NCBI GenBank assembly: GCA_964352475.1
Contig: CAYGSL010000008.1
Coordinates: 8,191 to 72,190 of the forward strand
Source of the DNA: an uncultured Pseudomonadales bacterium
GTDB taxonomy: Bacteria; Pseudomonadota; Gammaproteobacteria; Pseudomonadales; JAUIET01
Reading direction: 5' to 3'
DNA length: 64,000 bases
Shown: positions 1 through 8,115 of the stretch, one piece after another
Numbering within the stretch: the first letter of the stretch is position 1
How the letters are laid out: each line of letters opens with the position of its first letter
Position numbers and translations under genes: made by a program
The notes under the pieces: model-generated
What the model was told of the DNA's origin: nothing
Databases searched by the model: none
What the model saw: only the letters and a program-made list of their open reading frames with translations

Positions 1-685
1 CCAGATCCATTTTGCTCTGCGCTGCTTCGTAGGCATCTTGCGCGTCGCTTACTGCAAAGTAGGGCGTTTGCGGGATACTGGCATCAGGCGTATGACAGTT
101 AACGCAGTGGGCGGTAAGTAGTGGATGAACTGTACTGGCGAAGCTGGTATCACCGACGTCGCTAGGGTAATTTTTGCTAGCACCTGCGTCTTTGATTGGC
201 GGCGGCGTCAGTGCAATAACATTTGCCGAACCACCCTGGGTGTCATTTGCCCAGTCAGTGATATAGCCCTCAATAATAGTTGCGCAGGCAGACACAGCCG
301 CTGAATCGCTGCCTTGCCAGCAGTTGTGGCCTTCCGCGACTTTAGTCACCATGCGTGAACTGACCGGTATGCCCAAGTCGACAATGCCGTTAGCTGCACT
401 ATAAGCCATGTTAACGTCGTCGGTACGTACGAACGACGGTGACTGGCCGCCCGCTGTGTGACAGCCACCGCAGCGATCTTCATCACGCAGATTCTCCCAA
501 ACGTGAATTCGAAAAGCCTGCACGTCCGCGGTTTGCGGTTCCGGACCGGTATACGCATTCCCATTTCCACCACCGTCACCAGACGCGGGGTTTACGGTGG
601 GAGGTGTGCCGCTGCCGCCACTGCAGGCTTGCAGTGCAAATAAAGCAATAACCAGTATCCAATGCGGGAATCTATTGCTCATCAT
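1..685 (-). CDS. Secreted lipoprotein with two CxxCH (c-type heme attachment type) motifs; 3' end lies beyond the window edge
   Basis: Uninterrupted minus-strand frame from ATG at 685 to base 1. It is absent from the supplied ORF track because it is edge-truncated. Own translation: MMSNRFPHWILVIALFALQAC-SGGSGTPP (signal peptide + lipobox LQAC), later RCGGCHTAGG and TAHCVNCHTPD. It starts 10 nt after the stop of 696..1922 on the same strand, so an operon is probable. Confidence 0.6.
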   Translation of the reverse strand, partial: MMSNRFPHWILVIALFALQACSGGSGTPPTVNPASGDGGGNGNAYTGPEPQTADVQAFRIHVWENLRDEDRCGGCHTAGGQSPSFVRTDDVNMAYSAANGIVDLGIPVSSRMVTKVAEGHNCWQGSDSAAVSACATIIEGYITDWANDTQGGSANVIALTPPPIKDAGASKNYPSDVGDTSFASTVHPLLTAHCVNCHTPDASIPQTPYFAVSDAQDAYEAAQSKMDL

Positions 686-695
686 AATCTTGACC

Positions 696-1922
696 CTAGT
701 TTCCCATGCAATGTACGGCTGACTCGGCGTACACCTGTTTCAATTGATAACCGCTTTTGAAATTACTCACGATGGATTCGTAGGCGCTACGGTCGGCCTC
801 TGCCGGGTCGCGCAAGCACACTTGCTTGAATACTTTCTTGACCTGACATTGGGCAAACGCTTCGCTTGCCGCGAGCTCCTGGCCCATAGAAGCCGCACCA
901 GTGCCTTCGCCTGGAAGATTCTGATCCCAGCCCAATACTTCCGCATTGGGTCCTTCGCGCCAGTAATTGGTCCAGCGGTCGTCAGTGGTGATAAAGCCGT
1001 GCGGAAACGTGGTGTCGTTGTTGAAATACTTTGGGTCTACCTGATTGGCTGTGTATTGCAGAAAGCCGCTATCGCCCTCGGTATCACCATCGGCATTAAC
1101 GAAGTCGTAATAAGCAAACGCCTGGGCCATCGGGTCCATACCACTGTGACAACCAACGCAGCTGTTAAGAAATAAACGGCTGTCGCCGCCAGGACTGCGG
1201 CTAACATCCTGGCGTATGCGATCACTGGGACGAGTGGTGTCTTTTACTTGCTCCATGTCGTTACACAGATGATTGAGCAGGGTGAAACGGAACATGGCGC
1301 GGTTGGTGCCATCGATAAAAAATGCTTTCGCTGCGGCGCGGGTTGTCATCACACCCGCAGTACCAGCGGCTGGGGTCCCAATGACATTGGTTTGCGTATC
1401 CGACATTAGTACAGCAGGGTCACTCAAATCTGCGTTGTTCTGTTCTATGCCTTCATAATGTGCGTTGCTAGTTGTTGAGTAAGCTGGCACGCCGGCCAGG
1501 CTTGCGTGATTGGTATTGCCCACATATATAGTGTTGCTGGACAGTATCTCGCTGAAATTTCTATCGTCGCGAACCATACCGATAATTGTGGCGCTGTAAT
1601 CGTTCAATGGTGCAAACGGGTCGAAGTCAATATTGGTCCATGGCGTGGCAAGATTTTTCAAAGTGACGGAATAGAAGGCTGGGTTGTCCATCGCGCGATA
1701 AGCGGCGTCAACGGCTGATCGACCTCCAACACCGTTAATGTCATCGGTCATGTCACTCAGTATGCTTGCAGAGGCTGGTACGCCAGCAACGCGATCGTGT
1801 ATGCGCTTTGCCTGTTCGATCGGACCCGCTGTTGCCACCGTTGCAACACTGCTTAAGCAAATAAAGATACCGGCCAGCCAGTGAACGAAAGATGAGGTTG
1901 TGTTCTGCGCGGCCATTGTCAT
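696..1922 (-). CDS. Secreted protein with one CxxCH motif (NSCVGCHSGMDPMAQAF); reminiscent of DUF1588/DUF1585-type planctomycete-like proteins
   Basis: 408-aa ORF with an N-terminal hydrophobic signal-like segment (WLAGIFICLSSVATVATA). The CVGCH-x2-DP motif is read from the translation. The family assignment is from memory of motif style only. Confidence 0.55.
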   Translation of the reverse strand: MTMAAQNTTSSFVHWLAGIFICLSSVATVATAGPIEQAKRIHDRVAGVPASASILSDMTDDINGVGGRSAVDAAYRAMDNPAFYSVTLKNLATPWTNIDFDPFAPLNDYSATIIGMVRDDRNFSEILSSNTIYVGNTNHASLAGVPAYSTTSNAHYEGIEQNNADLSDPAVLMSDTQTNVIGTPAAGTAGVMTTRAAAKAFFIDGTNRAMFRFTLLNHLCNDMEQVKDTTRPSDRIRQDVSRSPGGDSRLFLNSCVGCHSGMDPMAQAFAYYDFVNADGDTEGDSGFLQYTANQVDPKYFNNDTTFPHGFITTDDRWTNYWREGPNAEVLGWDQNLPGEGTGAASMGQELAASEAFAQCQVKKVFKQVCLRDPAEADRSAYESIVSNFKSGYQLKQVYAESAVHCMGN

Positions 1923-2144
1923 GAATGTTGTCTCTTGCGTTTAACTGCTCGAAGCTGCATGCAGATTAGTTCAGCTATTTGAAAGCTGGCGTGACCTTGC
2001 GCACACCAGGCGATTCAATCGCTCAATTAGTGACCAAATCGTGAATGCCTGCACAGTTTGGCGATTTGCAGCCTGAATAGTGATGATCATATTTTGATCC
2101 GAACTAAACTTTGGCCTGTATACGCATTGACGGTAGACAGCATC

Positions 2145-4748
2145 ATGCCCACCTCACACAAGCAAGGAACCGTGCTGCGCGCGGCATTCTTCGTGCTCAG
2201 CGCCCTTTTATTCGGGTGTAGTGGTGGTGGCGGTGAAGGCGGTGGCAGTGTTGGTATCAGCGATGGTCAAGATCCCGATCCGGCCGTACTCGATGTAGCA
2301 ATCGCCTATGTGATGCGGCCGCTGCCTGTCGATGACGACGGGGATATTGCCGAAAACGATCTGCGTGATCCCGCCGCCTTTAATCCTGGAGCGGCCTTGT
2401 ATGTGCGCGACAGAGCATCCCCAAGCAGCGCGGCCAGAAATATTACGGCCGGTGTATTTCCAGATGGAGAGTCGTACGACGTAAAAGATCTTAGCGCGTC
2501 CTACGATGGTAGCCGCTTGCTGTTCTCAATGCGTGCACCTGAAATCGAAGGTCTTGATGACGATGAGCAGCCCAGCTGGAATATCTGGGAATACAACATG
2601 GAGACTGAGGAGCTCAGGCGGATTATCAGTTCTGAGCTAACCGCGGAAGAAGGGCAAGATATCTCGCCGCAGTATCTGGCGGATAACAGCATCGTGTTTA
2701 CCTCTACTCGACAACGAGAATCAAGAGCCTTGTTGTTGGACGAGGGCAAGCCACAGTTTGCAGCGCTGGATGAGAACCGACAGAACGAAGCGTTTGTGTT
2801 GCACAAGATGGATGAAGATGGCGGCAACATTGTGCAACTGACTTATAACCAAAGCCACGATATGAACCCTTCGGTGCTGGATGACGGACGCATAGTGTTC
2901 AGTCGTTGGGATGGAATGGGTGGGAGAAACAGCGTAAATCTTTACACCATCAATCCTGACGGCAGCGGCTTGCAAATCTTGTATGGCAATCATAGTCACG
3001 ATACCGGCACCAACGGTGCGGTTGTGCAATTTATGCAAGCACGGCAAAACGACGATGGTCAGATTATTGCGGCCTTGCGTCCATTTGACACCCTGGATCT
3101 GGGCGGCGAAATAGTCGCGATAGATACCGAAAACTTTACTGATCAAAATCAGCCAACCGCAGAAAATGCAGGTCAAACTGGACCGGCACAACAATCTGCT
3201 TCGCTGACCGACGTGGTGCTAGATCAAGCTGTTTCGCCTGGTGGGCGCTACGCAAGCGCGTTTCCACTGCGCGATGGCACACAACGAGTTATTGCCAGCT
3301 GGTCGCAGTGCCGCTTGGTAATCGATAACAATATTGTGCCGTGTACAGAACAGAACCTTGCAAACGCATCAGCCGTTCCTGCCGACCCTTTGTATGGCAT
3401 CTGGATGTTTGACATGAGCGATGAAAGTCAGCTGCCCGTGGTAGCGCCGGAAGAAGGCGTGATGTTCACTGATGTGATTACCTTGCAAGACAGGGTGTTT
3501 CCAGATGATCTGGGCTCGGAACACATTGATGCAGATCTGGCAGAGCAGGGCCTGGCAACCCTGCACATTGCCAGTGTCTACGACCTCGACGGCGTGGATG
3601 TCGCGAATCCGAATATCGCGACGTTGGCAGACCCAAGCATGACTGCTGCTTCCGATCGACCAGTGCGTTTTCTCAGAATAGTCAAGGCCGTCTCCATTCC
3701 TGATGAAGACGTGCATGATTTCAGTAACACTGCATTTGGGCGTAGTGCGCAACAGTTAATGCGTGAAATCGTTGGTTATGTGCCCGTTGAACCCGATGGT
3801 TCGGTAAAGGTAACCGTACCGGCCCGAGTGGCTTTTGCATTGAGTATGGTCGATGAAAACGGCCGCAGGGTAGGTGGGCGGCATCAGAACTGGTTGCATC
3901 TGCAACCAGGCGAAAATATGGAATGCAAAGGTTGCCACAGCGCGCAAAGCGAAATGCCCCATGGTCGTTATGCGGCCCAGGCTGATTCCGTGAACCCCGG
4001 TGCACTTAACCCTACTGTTGAATTTCCGAATACCAATCCGGCACTGTTCGCCGATGAAATTGGTGAAACAATGGCTGAAGTGTATGCGCGGGTTATGGGC
4101 ACACGCAGTCTCAGTGTGGATATTGAATACACAGACGAGTGGAGTGTTCCTGCTGATGTAGATCCGGCTACTGAATTTGCCTATCGCTATGCAGACCTGA
4201 ACACCTCTCTGCCAGTAAGCGCTGAGTGCGCAACGCAGTGGCAGGTTTTGTGCCGCTCAACAATCAACTACGAAACGCATATACAGCCATTGTGGGATAT
4301 GCCAAGAACTGCAGTTGATGCCGGTGATCCAGTGCAAAACCAAACCTGTACTGCATGCCATAACGCAGTTGATGATATGGGTGCGGCGCAAGTACCAGTG
4401 GCCCAATTGGACTTATCATCAAATGCTTCAACGGATGAGCCGGACCACTTTACCTCGTATCGCGAGCTAATGTTCCAGGACAATGAACAGGAAGAAGTGG
4501 GTGGTGCCATCATCGATCGCCTGGTGCCTTCTATCGACGAGGAAGGCAATCCCATACTGGTCACAGTGCCGGTGAATCCCACAATGCGGGTTGCCGGCGC
4601 AACTGCGAGTAATGCGTTCTTCACTCCGTTCTCCCCTGGTGGAAGTCATGAGGCCTGGTTGACTGACGCAGAACTGAGGCTACTTTCCGAGTGGCTGGAC
4701 GTGGGTGGTCAGTATTACAACAATCCGTTCGCCGCACCCATTCAATAG
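2145..4748 (+). CDS. Lipoprotein with TolB/PD40-like beta-propeller repeats and two C-terminal CxxCH motifs
   Basis: The ORF-track start (2058) is TTG. ATG at 2145 gives MPTSHKQGTVLRAAFFVLSALLFGC-SGGGGEGGG (signal + lipobox LFGC). Repeats: DGSRLLFSMR, ADNSIVFTSTR, DDGRIVFSRWD, YTINPDGSG. CKGCH lies at 3924..3938 and CTACH at 4347..4361. Confidence 0.7.
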   Translation: MPTSHKQGTVLRAAFFVLSALLFGCSGGGGEGGGSVGISDGQDPDPAVLDVAIAYVMRPLPVDDDGDIAENDLRDPAAFNPGAALYVRDRASPSSAARNITAGVFPDGESYDVKDLSASYDGSRLLFSMRAPEIEGLDDDEQPSWNIWEYNMETEELRRIISSELTAEEGQDISPQYLADNSIVFTSTRQRESRALLLDEGKPQFAALDENRQNEAFVLHKMDEDGGNIVQLTYNQSHDMNPSVLDDGRIVFSRWDGMGGRNSVNLYTINPDGSGLQILYGNHSHDTGTNGAVVQFMQARQNDDGQIIAALRPFDTLDLGGEIVAIDTENFTDQNQPTAENAGQTGPAQQSASLTDVVLDQAVSPGGRYASAFPLRDGTQRVIASWSQCRLVIDNNIVPCTEQNLANASAVPADPLYGIWMFDMSDESQLPVVAPEEGVMFTDVITLQDRVFPDDLGSEHIDADLAEQGLATLHIASVYDLDGVDVANPNIATLADPSMTAASDRPVRFLRIVKAVSIPDEDVHDFSNTAFGRSAQQLMREIVGYVPVEPDGSVKVTVPARVAFALSMVDENGRRVGGRHQNWLHLQPGENMECKGCHSAQSEMPHGRYAAQADSVNPGALNPTVEFPNTNPALFADEIGETMAEVYARVMGTRSLSVDIEYTDEWSVPADVDPATEFAYRYADLNTSLPVSAECATQWQVLCRSTINYETHIQPLWDMPRTAVDAGDPVQNQTCTACHNAVDDMGAAQVPVAQLDLSSNASTDEPDHFTSYRELMFQDNEQEEVGGAIIDRLVPSIDEEGNPILVTVPVNPTMRVAGATASNAFFTPFSPGGSHEAWLTDAELRLLSEWLDVGGQYYNNPFAAPIQ

Positions 4749-4871
4749 GCACTTGAATTGAATAGTTGATGATCCAACTGCCTTAAATATGGGCAGTTTC
4801 TGCGCCGCATAAGCACGGCATAAATGTAACAGGCTGCTAGACTCAAATAAGAAAGGACACACCACAGATCC

Positions 4872-5603
4872 ATGTTCAAAGCGACGATTGTATGCCTGTT
4901 ACTGGCACTAACATTTCCAATATGTGCGAAGGAAGCCCAGCAGGTGCAAGTTGCAGATCCGTATATTGATCTGCGTACCGGACCCGGTAAAGGTTACCCA
5001 AAGTTTTATGTCGCTGAACAAGGTCACTGGATCAGCCTGCTCAAGCGCAAAACCAGCTGGTTCAAAGTTCGACTGGAAAATGGTACAGAAGGTTGGGTAT
5101 CAGACAAACAACTCATTAAAACGTTGACGCCAGACGGTGAATCACTGGACGTACGCAAGCTTGACGCGGAAAGTCTTGGCGACAGTCATTGGGGTTTAGG
5201 GATATCTGGCGGTGACTTTGGTGGCGCCGATCTGGTATCACTGCACATTGCATACATTTTCACCGAAAATATTTCGACAGAGCTCACGCTTTCACAGGCA
5301 TTGGGTACGTTTTCGAACAATCACCTCTACGATATAAGTCTGCAGCATCGCGCATTTCCCGAATGGAAAGTGTCGCCTTACTTTACCCTGGGTGCAGGAC
5401 AAATACGAACTGATCCCAATGCAACGCTGGTTGCCACCGAAGACCGTACCGACGATACATTCCATGTTGGTGCGGGTGTTGAAATTCCTTTGGCGCGACG
5501 TTTTGCGCTACGGATTGAGTACCGGAATTACCTGGCACTGACCAGCCGTGATGATGATGAAGAGATTGAGCAATGGAAAATTGGTTTAAACGCGTATTTC
5601 TAG
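4872..5603 (+). CDS. Secreted bacterial SH3 domain fused to a small C-terminal OM beta-barrel-like domain
   Basis: Signal peptide MFKATIVCLLLALTFPICA. SH3_3-type motif IDLRTGPGKGYPKFY...WFKVRLENGTEGWV. The C-terminal half has alternating hydrophobic strands and ends in aromatic ..KIGLNAYF. Confidence 0.7.
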   Translation: MFKATIVCLLLALTFPICAKEAQQVQVADPYIDLRTGPGKGYPKFYVAEQGHWISLLKRKTSWFKVRLENGTEGWVSDKQLIKTLTPDGESLDVRKLDAESLGDSHWGLGISGGDFGGADLVSLHIAYIFTENISTELTLSQALGTFSNNHLYDISLQHRAFPEWKVSPYFTLGAGQIRTDPNATLVATEDRTDDTFHVGAGVEIPLARRFALRIEYRNYLALTSRDDDEEIEQWKIGLNAYF

Positions 5604-6217
5604 CAGGTGTAATGTCTATTTGCGCCAGCAACGTTGCCGCGCAGCAGAGCGAAGGTGGGCAGGCGCATGCAGTAGATCCTGACCTTGAGCGCCAGGAAAT
5701 TGATATAGACGCCATCGATAGTGAAGATTTTGAGATCGGTGTGTATTACGGCATTTTGAGTATCGAAGATTTCGGCAGTGATACTGTCCTTGGTGTTCGC
5801 GCCGCCTATCACGTGACCGAAACGGTGTTCATGGAAGCCGCCTATGGAATGAGTGAGGCTGGCGAAACCAGTTTTGAAGTATTAAGTGGGTCAGCACAGT
5901 TGCTAACGGATGACCAGCGGGATTTCAGTTATTACAACGTATCTGTTGGTCTCAACATATTACCTGGTGAGACTTTCATAGGATCACGCTGGGCGTTTAA
6001 TACTGCGCTGTACGTGATCGGCGGCATTGGTTCTACTGAATTTGCAGAGGATGATCACTTTACTATCAATTTTGGTGCTGGCTATCGCTTGTTGTTCAAT
6101 GATTGGTTAGCGATGCACGTGGATGTTCGCGACCACCTGTTTGACAGCGACATTATTGGTACTGAAAAAACGGTGCATAACATAGAGTTCACTGCTGGAT
6201 TCAGCGTATTTTTCTAG
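5573..6217 (+). CDS. Small outer-membrane beta-barrel protein (OmpA-like 8-strand type; possibly the OMP_myx_plus family)
   Basis: Signal peptide ..SICASNVAAQQ. Alternating beta-strand pattern with C-terminal FTAGFSVFF. Overlaps the upstream gene by 31 nt. Paralog of 9639..10292. Confidence 0.75.
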   Translation: MENWFKRVFLAGVMSICASNVAAQQSEGGQAHAVDPDLERQEIDIDAIDSEDFEIGVYYGILSIEDFGSDTVLGVRAAYHVTETVFMEAAYGMSEAGETSFEVLSGSAQLLTDDQRDFSYYNVSVGLNILPGETFIGSRWAFNTALYVIGGIGSTEFAEDDHFTINFGAGYRLLFNDWLAMHVDVRDHLFDSDIIGTEKTVHNIEFTAGFSVFF

Positions 6218-6225
6218 GAGGTTAT

Positions 6226-6738
6226 ATGAAAAATTTATTCGTCTCTTTTTTGGCGGCCGCGAGCCTGCTGCTAGCAAGCAGCCTCAGCGCCGGTGAACTG
6301 GATCAAGTCGCACCGGATTTCGTGTTGAAGAGTAACAGCGGTCAGAATATTCGTTTATCTGATTTGCGTGGTGAAGTAGTGCTACTCAATTTCTGGGCAA
6401 CCTGGTGTGGGCCATGCAGGCAGGAAATGCCGTTGCTTGATGATCTGCATGCACGTTACAAAGACATGGGCTTTAAAGTGATCGGCGTAAATGTTGAAAA
6501 CTCGCCTTCCAAAGCTGATGCCATGCTTGCGAAAAACCCGGTGAGCTTTCCCATTCTTTACGATACAGAAAGTGTGGTGAGTAAACTGTATAAGGTGGAT
6601 GCGATGCCAACCACCGTTGTTGTGGACAGAGACGGCAATATGCGCCACCTGCATAGGGGGTTCAAACCTGGTTATGAAGATGCTTATGCCGCACAGGTAA
6701 AGCAATTATTTCGAGAGCAATATGCAGCGTCTGAGTGA
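6226..6738 (+). CDS. Periplasmic TlpA/ResA-like thiol:disulfide oxidoreductase (thioredoxin fold)
   Basis: Strong RBS AGGAGG upstream of ATG 6226. Signal peptide present. Active-site motif FWATWCGPCRQEMP. Confidence 0.9.
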   Translation: MKNLFVSFLAAASLLLASSLSAGELDQVAPDFVLKSNSGQNIRLSDLRGEVVLLNFWATWCGPCRQEMPLLDDLHARYKDMGFKVIGVNVENSPSKADAMLAKNPVSFPILYDTESVVSKLYKVDAMPTTVVVDRDGNMRHLHRGFKPGYEDAYAAQVKQLFREQYAASE

Positions 6739-6949
6739 GTTAACATTGCTTGCAGTATTGGCGGTGTGTTCAGCCTGCAGCTCAATTGAGCCGTGGGTTA
6801 AGCCATACGAGCGCGATCGACTTGCGGACCCAATAATGCAATTTGATGCTGCACCTGTGTCTGCCGCGTATATGCATCACGTGTATCAGGCCAGAGAAGG
6901 AGCGCGGGGCGCTGAAGGCGGTACTGGCGGAGGCTGCGGATGCAATTAG
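6722..6949 (+). CDS. DUF4266-type small lipoprotein ending in GGGCGCN
   Basis: 75 aa with a signal peptide and a Cys-containing lipobox region (LAVLAVCSACSS). C-terminal ..EGGTGGGCGCN, which I recognise as the DUF4266 signature. Overlaps both neighbouring genes. Confidence 0.75.
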   Translation: MQRLSELTLLAVLAVCSACSSIEPWVKPYERDRLADPIMQFDAAPVSAAYMHHVYQAREGARGAEGGTGGGCGCN

Positions 6950-8100
6950 CCAGGTGTAAGGCTTTTCTGCTGCTGACTCTTATCATCGGACTTGTGCCTT
7001 TCGGTGTAAGCGCGGCTGTTATTCCCGAGGACCGGGCGGACGTGATGTACCACTCCTACAGTGGCGGTGGTGTCACGATTGATGGTCCGTCAGTGTTGGT
7101 ACGCAAGGGTTTTAAAGAAAAGTTCTCAGTCAGCGCAAATTATTACGTAGATAATGTATCCAGCGCGTCTATTGATGTGCAACTCTCTGCCAGCGAATAC
7201 AAGGAAGAGAGAACCGAAACATCGGTAGGCTTTGATTTTCTCAATAACAAATCCTTACTCAGCGTCGCCTTGTCACGCAGTGACGAAAATGACTATGAGG
7301 CACAGTCCTTCCATTTCAATGTCAGCCAGGATTTTTTTGGTGATCTAAGCACTTTGTCGCTAGGGTATTCGCGCGGTAGCGATAAAGTATTTCGCAATGA
7401 CGACAGCGAATTGAATGAAACGGTTGACCGACATCACTATAAGTTTGGCCTAAGCCAGATCGTGACCAAGAATATTATTCTGTCTTTAAACTACGAAGGC
7501 ATTTCCGACGAGGGATTTTTGAATAATCCCTATCGGCAGGTTAGGTTCGTGGATCCTGCGGACCCGAACAACTTTCGCCTTGAAGCCGAAGTGTATCCGC
7601 GTACGCGAACCAGTGACGCGATTGCGTTGGGTTCAATGATTTACCTGCCCTATAGAGCAGCACTGAAATTCAAGGCGCGTTACTACACCGACGACTGGGG
7701 TATTGATGCCAATACCTTTGAGCTTGGCTACAAGCATCCGATTGGCGAGCAATTTATTGCCGAAGCTCATTACCGATATTATGATCAGACCGCGGCAGAG
7801 TTTTACAGTGATTTGTTTTCGCGAGCTGATTTTCAAGACTTCAAGGCGCGCGACAAGGAGCTAAGCACTTTTGGCTCGCATTCCGTGGGGGTAAGCCTGG
7901 GGTACTCTATGCAAATCAAGGCTTTGAAATACCTGCAAAAGCTCAGCGTTACCTTGTCCTATGATCACCTGCAGTTTGATTACGATGACTTTCGCGATGC
8001 GACGGTTAGCCAGGCTAGTCCAGACATAGCGGCTGGAGAAGAGCCTTTCTATTCTTTTAATGCCAATGTGATACGCTTCTACATCTCACTCTTTTACTAA
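6940..8100 (+). CDS. DUF3570-type predicted outer-membrane beta-barrel protein
   Basis: Signal peptide ..PFGVSAAV. Motif VMYHSYSGGGVTIDGPSVLVRK. Beta-strand-rich sequence ending in aromatic ..RFYISLFY. The start codon lies inside the last codons of the DUF4266 gene. Confidence 0.75.
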   Translation: MQLARCKAFLLLTLIIGLVPFGVSAAVIPEDRADVMYHSYSGGGVTIDGPSVLVRKGFKEKFSVSANYYVDNVSSASIDVQLSASEYKEERTETSVGFDFLNNKSLLSVALSRSDENDYEAQSFHFNVSQDFFGDLSTLSLGYSRGSDKVFRNDDSELNETVDRHHYKFGLSQIVTKNIILSLNYEGISDEGFLNNPYRQVRFVDPADPNNFRLEAEVYPRTRTSDAIALGSMIYLPYRAALKFKARYYTDDWGIDANTFELGYKHPIGEQFIAEAHYRYYDQTAAEFYSDLFSRADFQDFKARDKELSTFGSHSVGVSLGYSMQIKALKYLQKLSVTLSYDHLQFDYDDFRDATVSQASPDIAAGEEPFYSFNANVIRFYISLFY

Positions 8101-8115
8101 TAGAAGCGGAGTTTG

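Noticed and set aside
346-651. ORF-track entries 346..579 (-), 439..651 (+) and 458..643 (+)
   Set aside because: All are shadowed by a longer edge-truncated minus-strand frame (1..685). That frame has a signal peptide, a lipobox and CxxCH motifs. The listed ORFs have Arg/Cys-rich, non-protein-like composition.
2058-2144. N-terminal extensions implied by ORF-track starts (2058, 16863, 27322, 31091, 33493, 40960, 49052, 53870)
   Set aside because: These use alternative start codons or overlap upstream genes. Internal ATGs give canonical signal peptides or lipoboxes, or family-typical N-termini. Examples are 2145, 16935, 27400, 31016, 33514, 41098, 49088 and 53840.
4776-4798. Hairpin AACTGCC-N9-GGCAGTT after the beta-propeller gene as a terminator. 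Similar weak hairpins lie at 19744..19766 and just after 9105
   Set aside because: The stems are short (6-7 bp) and lack a convincing downstream T-run. Support is too weak to annotate.
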